Source: a virus (lineage: Duplodnaviria > Caudoviricetes). From it: DNA of 29,260 bases. Each line of letters begins with the position of its first letter. The first letter of the stretch is position 1. Of this stretch, positions 1 to 6,360 are shown piece after piece. The DNA lies in IMG/VR virus record IMGVR_UViG_3300007255_000005, positions 1-29,260 of that record; one strand, written 5' to 3'. The position numbers and the translations under genes were made by a program. The notes under the pieces were generated by a model. It was given only the letters and a program-made list of their open reading frames with translations. It did not search any database and was not told the origin of the DNA.

Positions 1-882
1 GAGCTCCTTGGGTAAGAATTTCCTCGACCCTGGACGCGCGGCCACGAAGTATCCGTCGCGATCCTTTTCTTTCTTCCAGGTGGCGAGCGTTCGGCCGCGG
101 TAGCGCAGCTCGCTCGCGTCCTTCATGAATGCCTGGATTTGCGCCTTGAGGTCGTCGACGTTGGCCTTCACGGCTTTCTCGGCGGCTTGCTTAACCAGCA
201 GATCCGCGTGCAGCGCGGCTATGGCCTCATCGGCTTCGATGACGGCTCCGCTGTCTTTGCGATAGAGCAGGCGAGCGTCGCGCGGCGTTTCCGGATCAGG
301 CAGCGTGCGCGCCTGGACGTGCTGCCACACCTTCGCGCAACGCTCGACGATGTACGCCTCGAGGTCGCGATCCGCCGGGATCAAGTAGACCGCGATCGGC
401 GGGAGCTTCCCGGTGAGCAATTCCTTGAGGGATTTCTCGTCGATGAAGCACACCGGCACTTCACCGACGCTGCAGCCGGCGACGGCCAGCTGCTCCTGCA
501 CCTGCCACAGCACGCGGTCCGGAACCTCGTCGGTGCCAGGCTCGCCCCATTCCTGGCGCATGTACCAGCCCACCGACTTCGCTTCGATGACCTTCGAGGG
601 CGCGAGACCGTCGACGTGCGCGCCGAGCCAGTTGTGCACCTGGTGGCGCATCGTGTCCGGCGAGCGCACGGTGAGCTTGCCGAATTGCGCTTCATAGGCA
701 TCCAGGATCCTCGGCTCGACGAGATTGCCAATCTGCACTTCGACCACGTCGTCGAGGTTCTCGCGCTCGAGCTCGCCGAGCTTCTCGAGCGCCACGCGCA
801 CGCCATCGCCCGCCATGATCCGCGGAACGTCGGAGGAGAAAATCCCGCTCTGGCGCTCGGCGCGCTGCTTGTCGGTGATCAT
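1..882 (-). CDS. YqaJ-like viral recombinase / lambda-exonuclease family protein (3' end runs off the window)
   Basis: Not in the ORF track; translated by hand from ATG at 882: MITDKQRAERQSGIFSSDVPRIM...GNLVEPRILDAY...WLGAHVDG...VIEAKS...WGEPGTDEVPDRVLWQVQEQLAV. These match the YqaJ motifs (R..GIxxSD, GxxxE, DG, ExK, QxQxQ). ATGA overlap with the upstream gene. Confidence 0.85.
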   Translation of the reverse strand, partial: MITDKQRAERQSGIFSSDVPRIMAGDGVRVALEKLGELERENLDDVVEVQIGNLVEPRILDAYEAQFGKLTVRSPDTMRHQVHNWLGAHVDGLAPSKVIEAKSVGWYMRQEWGEPGTDEVPDRVLWQVQEQLAVAGCSVGEVPVCFIDEKSLKELLTGKLPPIAVYLIPADRDLEAYIVERCAKVWQHVQARTLPDPETPRDARLLYRKDSGAVIEADEAIAALHADLLVKQAAEKAVKANVDDLKAQIQAFMKDASELRYRGRTLATWKKEKDRDGYFVAARPGSRKFLPKEL

Positions 883-1163
883 GGTTTTTCCCTTTCGGCG
901 AGCATTGCGTCGGCCATCGAGTACGCGTTGTGCGCGATCTGCTGCTCGATAGTCCTGCGCGCTTCCTCGGCAGCACCGACGAGGGCTTGGGCGTTCTTGA
1001 TGGAATGACAGGCCGTGCTGATCTCGACCTGCATTGCATTCGCCGCGAAGTAATCGCGCAGCGTCATGCCGCCGATTCCCCAGCCATCCCACGGACTGGT
1101 GAGATTGCCCTGCGGCGCCATCGTGAGCGGCTGCGGGAAAGCTGGCCCGCCGTCTTTCTTCAT
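879..1163 (-). CDS. Conserved phage early-region hypothetical protein (GGPAFP...GMTLRDYFAA...AYxxADAML family)
   Basis: Recognisable phage motif set; start placed at ATG 1163 because it overlaps the upstream TGA (ATGA). Confidence 0.85.
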   Translation of the reverse strand: MKKDGGPAFPQPLTMAPQGNLTSPWDGWGIGGMTLRDYFAANAMQVEISTACHSIKNAQALVGAAEEARRTIEQQIAHNAYSMADAMLAEREKP

Positions 1164-1438
1164 GCCGCCCACCTTGCGGCGTTCAGTCGCGCGCCGATCA
1201 CGGCGAGACGCTCACGGTTCCACGTGTAGTGCTCTGGCGAGCGTTCGGGGAATGGATTCATGCTCGCGCCGTGGTTGAGAAAGCCGCTGCTGCGGCCCGC
1301 CATGCGGGCATCGGCCAAAGAGTTGACAGCGGTGTCGTCGAACCAGGGCTCGCACGCCGCGCAGATCTCGGCGCGCTCGTCGACGCCGCGCTGGATCAGC
1401 TCGTCGAGCTCCACGTCCGGGCAGCGCTCGCGCTTCAC
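1160..1438 (-). CDS. Hypothetical protein, 92 aa
   Basis: 4-nt start/stop overlaps with both neighbours in the leftward operon. Confidence 0.7.
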   Translation of the reverse strand: MKRERCPDVELDELIQRGVDERAEICAACEPWFDDTAVNSLADARMAGRSSGFLNHGASMNPFPERSPEHYTWNRERLAVIGARLNAARWAA

Positions 1439-1776
1439 GCGAAGTCCTCGTCCCGAACGATTGCCACGTCGCCGACGATCTCGTGCGTCGTGCCGGGCCG
1501 GCAGATCGAGTGGTAGAGCTTCGTCGCTTCCGGATTGACAGGCTTGCGCGCGCTCGTGGGCCGCAGTTCGAAATGACCGACGCCGTGCTCGATGGTTGTG
1601 GTCTCGTACCCGTTATCGTCGACCAGCATCACGCGGCCATCGCGCAGGACGACCGTGTCGAGGCAGCCTGCTGCGCCTATGAGCGATGCAATGCCAGAAA
1701 TGGCGGCGACGCTCGTGTCAGCGCTGACGACGTGCTGTTCCCGCGCGCCGCTCGTGCGGATGACGGTCACGTTCAT
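1435..1776 (-). CDS. Hypothetical protein, 113 aa (DUF3846-like)
   Basis: C-terminal part of the 375-aa track ORF; true start MNVTVIRTSG at 1776 (ATGA overlap). MLVDDNG...PVNPEAT.LY...IVGDVAIV pattern resembles DUF3846. Confidence 0.7.
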   Translation of the reverse strand: MNVTVIRTSGAREQHVVSADTSVAAISGIASLIGAAGCLDTVVLRDGRVMLVDDNGYETTTIEHGVGHFELRPTSARKPVNPEATKLYHSICRPGTTHEIVGDVAIVRDEDFA

Positions 1777-2075
1777 CGCTCGCTCGGCGGGAAGTAAAGA
1801 CGATCGCGCGAGCATTCGGTGCCGTCGGGCAGACAGTCGCGCACGGAGGCGGTGTACGGCAGCGGGTGGGACAGTTGCGCGGCCGCTTCGCCGGCGGCTG
1901 TGATCGCGGCAGCGCGATCGGCCTTCTCCTGCGCATCGGCGGTGAGCGCATCGGCGTCGCCCCAAGTCCCGACGAAGGCGATGATCAGCGCGAGGATAAC
2001 GAGCGCAACACCAGCGACGGTCGCGTTGTCCATGAACGTCGCGGCGTCGTTCGGGCGGTCGTCGGCGGTTTTCAT
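1773..2075 (-). CDS. Single-pass membrane hypothetical protein
   Basis: Hydrophobic stretch VAGVALVILALIIAFVGTW; coupled to the downstream gene. Confidence 0.7.
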   Translation of the reverse strand: MKTADDRPNDAATFMDNATVAGVALVILALIIAFVGTWGDADALTADAQEKADRAAAITAAGEAAAQLSHPLPYTASVRDCLPDGTECSRDRLYFPPSER

Positions 2076-2096
2076 CGGAATGGATGAATGACCGAA

Positions 2097-2522
2097 TTAC
2101 TGAATGGGGGCTCTGCGGACCACGCACACCCGGCAGTGGTTGCCCCGGCCGCCGTAGTCCTGGTAGCCGTAACCGAAGGTCTGGCACCAGGCGAAGGCGC
2201 TGTCCGACTCGCGAAGCGGGGCGAGCCAGTACCACTCTTTCTGGCAGGCGCCGTCGGCGTTTTGCGCGTAGAGCAGTGCGCCCTCGGCGCGGTCCGCCAG
2301 CGAGCCGCCGAGTTTCTTGGCGAACGCCAGGGCCTCGTCGTGCGTGGCGCGCGCGAGCTGCTCGCCGAGCAGGATGACGTGGTGGCTCGGCTTGCCGTCG
2401 GCGCCAAGCACGAAGCCGCGGTATTTCTCGCCCTTGCCGATGACCGGCAGGGTGATCGTGGTGACTGAGGCGGCGGACTTGCTCCGCGCCGCGCGCTTCG
2501 CTTGCTTGACCTTGGCTGCCAT
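2097..2522 (-). CDS. DUF1566 (Lcl C-terminal, C-type-lectin-like fold) domain protein; first gene of the leftward operon
   Basis: GGSLADRAEGALLY...EWYW...AWCQTFGYGYQ...RVCVVRR matches the DUF1566 pattern; GGAGG SD upstream. Confidence 0.75.
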   Translation of the reverse strand: MAAKVKQAKRAARSKSAASVTTITLPVIGKGEKYRGFVLGADGKPSHHVILLGEQLARATHDEALAFAKKLGGSLADRAEGALLYAQNADGACQKEWYWLAPLRESDSAFAWCQTFGYGYQDYGGRGNHCRVCVVRRAPIQ

Positions 2523-2551
2523 CGCTCCCTCCGTTTAGTGACGGGAGCGAT
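2521..2551 (-). promoter_or_regulatory. Hairpin covering the start region of the first leftward gene
   Basis: ATCGCTCCC (2521-2529) and GGGAGCGAT (2543-2551) form a perfect 9-bp inverted repeat; the 3' arm on the minus-strand RNA includes part of the SD and the AU of the AUG. Confidence 0.6.
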
Positions 2552-2591
2552 TCTGTCCGCAAACGCGGACATTTGTCAACAGGTGCGGACG
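2550..2591 (-). promoter_or_regulatory. pL-like promoter with two operators (OL1 2554-2571, OL2 2574-2591)
   Basis: OL1 TGTCCGCAAACGCGGACA is a perfect 7-4-7 palindrome; OL2 TGTCAACAGGTGCGGACG; minus-strand TTGACA (2579-2574) and CAGAAT (2555-2550) with an 18-bp spacer. Confidence 0.85.
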
Positions 2592-2597
2592 AGACGC

Positions 2598-2843
2598 CTA
2601 CTTCAGGCTATGGCTGATGATCTTGGAAAGCTCGTCGTCCAGGAGATGCAGCATGCCGCGGGTGAAAGTTGGGGTCTTGCGGGTCTCGCCATCGAAGCCG
2701 ACGGCGTACTCGCCGTGGCCGTACATGGCGACGTAGGCAACGCCGATCAGACGACCGGCGCGGGCCTCCGCGAGCAATGCTTCGAGCGCTCGTACCGTGT
2801 CATTCGAGCCAGGGAACCTGACGACTCGTAGCCGCTCTGCCAC
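2598..2843 (-). CDS. Hypothetical protein downstream of the repressor (immunity-operon accessory gene)
   Basis: 81-aa ORF with GTG start, between cI and OL, which is the position of rexAB in lambda; no function recognised. Confidence 0.7.
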   Translation of the reverse strand: MAERLRVVRFPGSNDTVRALEALLAEARAGRLIGVAYVAMYGHGEYAVGFDGETRKTPTFTRGMLHLLDDELSKIISHSLK

Positions 2844-2901
2844 GGCCAGACCAATGTAAGCGAGCTTACCGACAACGTCGCGCGGCAGATTTCACGCGCC
2901 G

Positions 2902-3231
2902 TTATTTCTTCGATATTCGCTTCGTCCCAGATCGTCCTCGATAGTGCGTTACCGCACCTTCCTGGACATGCATAGCGTGACGTTTGCGAACAGCTGGCGA
3001 CGACGCTTCGATCTGCCCCGGAAGCATCTGCCCTTTCTCGGTAGCGAGCCATCGCGGGTCCACGCCCCACTTGTCGGCGATTAGGTAGAGCTGCGCCGGC
3101 TTGGGTTCGCCGCCATTGAACCAGCGGTCCACGGTCTGCTTGGAGATCCCCAACGAACGCGCGACGTCGGTCTGCCCCCATCTCACCTGGGCGTGAGCCG
3201 CGGCCTTCTGCAAGCGCTCAGCGAAAGTCAT
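2902..3231 (-). CDS. cI: CI-like phage repressor, XRE HTH only (109 aa)
   Basis: MTFAERLQKAA...GQTDVARSLGISKQTVDRWFNGGEPK...IADKWGVDPRWLATEKG is a classic XRE HTH; divergent from cro and flanked by operators. Start at 3231 preferred over the track's 3600. Confidence 0.88.
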   Translation of the reverse strand: MTFAERLQKAAAHAQVRWGQTDVARSLGISKQTVDRWFNGGEPKPAQLYLIADKWGVDPRWLATEKGQMLPGQIEASSPAVRKRHAMHVQEGAVTHYRGRSGTKRISKK

Positions 3232-3312
3232 GTCCGCAAATGATGACATCGCGCTATGAGGAAGCCCGGTTTGGTCCGCAGACGTTGACAATCGTCCGCA
3301 ATTGCGGACAAT
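3231..3312. promoter_or_regulatory. OR region: OR3 3231-3248, OR2 3273-3290, OR1 3293-3310; pR -35 TTGACA 3285-3290, -10 GACAAT 3307-3312
   Basis: TGTCCGCAAATGATGACA, GGTCCGCAGACGTTGACA and CGTCCGCAATTGCGGACA share the OL consensus. Confidence 0.88.
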
Positions 3313-3318
3313 GCGCGA

Positions 3319-3546
3319 ATGCTCTACGACGATCTCGTCGCGTATTTCAGGACGCCCTCCGGTGCTGCGCGTGCTCTTGGTGTTGATCGCAGGCTCGTCA
3401 ACGATTGGAAGAAGAGGCGCATTCCGACTAAGCACCAGCTGCTCGCCCAAAAGCGCTCGGCCGGCCAACTCGAGCCGGACGAACAGGCAAAGCGCGAAGC
3501 TGAGGAGCTCGCGACGATCCTCAACCCGGAGGTCAAGGTCGCGTGA
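3319..3546 (+). CDS. cro: Cro-like transcriptional regulator
   Basis: 75 aa, LVAYFRTPSGAARALGVDRRLVNDWKKRRIP...AGQL is a P22/N15-type Cro pattern; divergent from cI. Confidence 0.88.
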   Translation: MLYDDLVAYFRTPSGAARALGVDRRLVNDWKKRRIPTKHQLLAQKRSAGQLEPDEQAKREAEELATILNPEVKVA

Positions 3547-3566
3547 GCTCGGTACACCAGGCGCGC

Positions 3567-3800
3567 CTACTTGAGCCGGTAGCCGCGCATCCGCATGCAC
3601 TTCACCAGGATCTCGGTCCGCTGCGAGCCGCGGTCAGCGCCAGCAGCGGCACCGGCGACAGCTCGCGAAGCGTCGTAGTCGCAGGCGGCGTAATCGCGAT
3701 CGCGAGCGGCCTCATCGACGCCGGACTTTTCGAACGAGGCTCTGAAGTCCGGCGTCGCGCAGGCGGCGAGCAGGACGACGAACGGAATCACCTTTTTCAT
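3567..3800 (-). CDS. Small lipoprotein (77 aa), antisense to the pR operon
   Basis: MKKVIPFVVLLAAC signal peptide with lipobox; GGGAGG SD; Cys pair and C-terminal CMRMRGY motif. Confidence 0.8.
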   Translation of the reverse strand: MKKVIPFVVLLAACATPDFRASFEKSGVDEAARDRDYAACDYDASRAVAGAAAGADRGSQRTEILVKCMRMRGYRLK

Positions 3801-3973
3801 GTGCTGCCTCCCGAAGTTGAAGGTCGACCACTTCATCCAGGACGGCCTGGACAATGTCGGCCTTCGTGAGCACGCCCGCCCTCGGCCTGCCGTCCTTCTT
3901 CACGTTTTCGACGGTTTGGCCAGGTAACTCTAACCCAATGAGTGGCGGCCCCTTTTTTTCGCACGAATCGCTC

Positions 3974-3987
3974 GCAAACGTGCGCAA
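3974..3987 (-). promoter_or_regulatory. Candidate CII-type binding site (TTGC-N6-TTGC) at a pRE-like position
   Basis: Minus strand reads TTGC-GCACGT-TTGC just upstream of the cII-like start, pointing toward the lipoprotein and cI. Confidence 0.45.
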
Positions 3988-4014
3988 AGAATCTTGGCGA
4001 AGGATTGCGAGCGC

Positions 4015-4404
4015 ATGAGCCAACTCGTCCTGCCGCGTCCGCTGATGAAGCTCGACGCGACGATCATCCAGTCGCCGAAGAACCTGCTTCGAGCCTTCAT
4101 CGTCGCGGCCGAAATCGGCAGCCTTGACGATCAGCAGGCCGCGGCCGCGGCTGGCATGGACCCGTCGACCTGGTCGATGTTCAAGAGCGGCACTCGTGGC
4201 ATCAAGCCGCTCGAGCTCAACACGTACATGGATCAATGCGCGAACGAGCTCCCGCTCGCGTACTGGGCGTTCAGCCGCGGTTACACGCTGTCGCCGATGG
4301 AATCGGAATTGCAGAAACGACTCCGCCTAAAGGACGAGGAGAACGCGGAGCTTAAAAAAGAGAACCGGCTGCTGCGCGAGATCGCAGTCGGGAAAGCGGC
4401 TTAG
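4015..4404 (+). CDS. CII-like HTH regulator
   Basis: Position after cro; HTH DQQAAAAAGMDPSTWSMFKSG and a C-terminal coiled coil (ESELQKRLRLKDEENAELKKENRLLRE). Confidence 0.7.
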   Translation: MSQLVLPRPLMKLDATIIQSPKNLLRAFIVAAEIGSLDDQQAAAAAGMDPSTWSMFKSGTRGIKPLELNTYMDQCANELPLAYWAFSRGYTLSPMESELQKRLRLKDEENAELKKENRLLREIAVGKAA

Positions 4405-4440
4405 CGGGTCGACCGGCGCCAGGGGCCGGGAACTACGGGG

Positions 4441-4629
4441 GTGGCGTTGAAAACCAGAGCGTTCATGAGCCGCCTCAGCGGCGCCCTTCGGCGCATGCGC
4501 GGCCGCAGTCCGGTCACGCTCGCGACGTTCGCCTCGAGCAACGGCAAGACCGTGGTGATAAACGGCGCCGCGCGCTGGCGTAAAGCGCAGCCGGCCATTC
4601 CGCGCCACATCCCAGAGGACATTCAATGA
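4441..4629 (+). CDS. Small basic hypothetical protein
   Basis: Stop overlaps the next ATG (ATGA); start uncertain. Confidence 0.45.
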   Translation: MALKTRAFMSRLSGALRRMRGRSPVTLATFASSNGKTVVINGAARWRKAQPAIPRHIPEDIQ

Positions 4630-5033
4630 ACGCACCGCTGCGCACGGTGCGCCTGCTGCGCGATGTGCCGCGCGCGTTTACGCCCGCCGACAAGGCGCTC
4701 ATCCGCAAGGTGCACGGCTACATGCCGGCGCAACAGCTGCTCGAGGTCTTAAACGAGCGCCTCACCTGCGATCTCGGGCCCGACGAGGAGCCGCACACGA
4801 TGGAGCAGCTCTACGTCGAGATCGGCGACGACGCCGGCGACGCCGTGCCAGATGGTGGCCACGACTGGTCGAGCCTGCGCAAGCTTCTCGCGAAGGCCAA
4901 GCGAGAAGGGGTGCTCGATGCCGTCACGCGCCAGGTAATCGATGACTTCGCTGTCGTCTACTCGCTCACCGCCGCGCAGGTGCTGCGCCTGCAGGACGTG
5001 CTGCTGCGCGCGCGGGAAGGGGACGAGGCGTGA
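4626..5033 (+). CDS. Hypothetical protein, possible N-terminal Myb-like/HTH segment
   Basis: GAGGA SD; FTPADKALIRKVHGYMPAQQLLEVLNERL resembles short phage HTH modules; coupled to the ATPase. Confidence 0.75.
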   Translation: MNAPLRTVRLLRDVPRAFTPADKALIRKVHGYMPAQQLLEVLNERLTCDLGPDEEPHTMEQLYVEIGDDAGDAVPDGGHDWSSLRKLLAKAKREGVLDAVTRQVIDDFAVVYSLTAAQVLRLQDVLLRAREGDEA

Positions 5034-5974
5034 GCCGCGGCGTGATCCAGAGAACCGAGCTCGTCGGCGCGGTCCTCGACTTCGGCAGCGTGGCGATCGA
5101 CCTCACTGAGTACGCGACGACCGGCGTTCGCATCGTCACGGTGGGTCCGAGCGGCATCGGCAAGACCAACGCCGGGCTGCTCATCGCCGAGCAGCTCGCG
5201 GCGCAGGGCTGGGTCTGCGTCCTGGTCGATCCGGAGGGCGAGATCGAATCGATGTACGGCAAGGCCGTCGCCGGCGTCGACGAGCTCCGCCTGCGCCTCC
5301 AGAAGCGAGACAAGGCATTCGTCGTCGTGTCGGCCGAGGACGCGTCGGAATTCATTCCCTACGGGAAGATGATCCTCGAGGCCTCAGAGGAAGAGCGCAA
5401 GCCGATCTTCCTCATGATCGACGAGGGCCAAGTGTTCAGCGCGCCGAAGAAGCGCAAGGGCGACATCGGCGAGGCCTCGGACATCGTCAACCAGTTCGCC
5501 GAGCGCGGCCGCAAGCGAGCGCTCGATCTCTTCCTCACGGCGACGCGCTTCACCGGCTCGCTGCATCGCTCACTCTTCGGCAATAAGAACCTGTCGCTCA
5601 TCGGGCGCCAGGAGGATCCGACAGCGTGGGCCGCGCTCGCGCCACAGTTCAGGTCCTCGGGAATCGAGTTCAGCGATCTCGCCGCGCTCGAGCCGGGCGA
5701 GTTCTTCTGCTTCAGCCGCCGCGGCGTGGAGCGTGTGCGCATGCCGATGGCGGAGGAGCTCAAGCGCGTCGCGCCCAGGGCGAAGTCCGTCAAGCCGAAG
5801 CTGCCGTCGACCTTCAGCCAGTGGGACCGCGCGATGCGCGAGATCCCGACACCGCGGCTGCGCGCGCTCACGCAGCCCGTGGTGGGCTTGCTCGGCTCCG
5901 TCGCCGGGCTGTCATCGCAGCAGATGCTCTCCGGCACGCGCGCGCTTCAGGACGAGCTCGAGGGTCGCAGATGA
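5030..5974 (+). CDS. HerA/FtsK-superfamily P-loop ATPase (DUF87-like)
   Basis: Walker A GPSGIGKT, VLVDPEGE, Walker B FLMIDEGQ, arginine-finger ERGRKR, C-terminal LEPGEFF. Confidence 0.85.
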   Translation: MSRGVIQRTELVGAVLDFGSVAIDLTEYATTGVRIVTVGPSGIGKTNAGLLIAEQLAAQGWVCVLVDPEGEIESMYGKAVAGVDELRLRLQKRDKAFVVVSAEDASEFIPYGKMILEASEEERKPIFLMIDEGQVFSAPKKRKGDIGEASDIVNQFAERGRKRALDLFLTATRFTGSLHRSLFGNKNLSLIGRQEDPTAWAALAPQFRSSGIEFSDLAALEPGEFFCFSRRGVERVRMPMAEELKRVAPRAKSVKPKLPSTFSQWDRAMREIPTPRLRALTQPVVGLLGSVAGLSSQQMLSGTRALQDELEGRR

Positions 5975-6360
5975 AGACCTTCGCCGAAGTCGCCGAATGG
6001 TGCGCTGGCGCGGCAGAAGAATTCGGCGATCCGAGCGTCCCGGTCTGTCAACTTTTTTTCCGCTGGCAGGAAAATCTAGAGATCCCGCGCGGAGACGATG
6101 AGCTCGTCTGCGGGATGGCGGACGGCGAGCTGGTGCTTTTGCTCGGCCCAGAATTCCGGCCCTTTCTGATGACCGTAGAGCTGGGCGACATGCGGCTCGA
6201 TGAACAAGGCGGGCTGCAGGCCTTCGGCGCTTATCTCGTAACGACCGGCGTATGGGCGCTCAGACCCTCGCTCAACGCCGAGGGCGCGATCCATGCCTTC
6301 GTCGTGCTGCACGGCGTCCCGGATCCAGCGCCCTGGGACCGGAGGATCGTGCTGCCATGA
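5971..6360 (+). CDS. Hypothetical protein, 129 aa
   Basis: Start MKTFAEVAEW at 5971 (ATGA overlap); stop overlaps the next gene. Confidence 0.75.
   Translation: MKTFAEVAEWCAGAAEEFGDPSVPVCQLFFRWQENLEIPRGDDELVCGMADGELVLLLGPEFRPFLMTVELGDMRLDEQGGLQAFGAYLVTTGVWALRPSLNAEGAIHAFVVLHGVPDPAPWDRRIVLP

Noticed and set aside
139-1008. 289-aa + strand ORF
   Set aside because: Antisense shadow of the exonuclease gene, which carries the family motifs on the minus strand.
2104-2121. Extra operator-like half sites (TGCGGAC here; TGTCCGC near 8679 and 20937)
   Set aside because: Only one half matches and they lie inside coding sequence; expected by chance at this GC content.
3232-3600. N-terminal extension of the repressor given by the ORF track
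   Set aside because: It would overlap the operators and all of cro; the HTH begins at Met 3231.
3941-3960. GC-rich stretch plus T7 run as a tR1-like intrinsic terminator or slippery site
   Set aside because: No convincing stem precedes the T run and there is no supported frameshift product.
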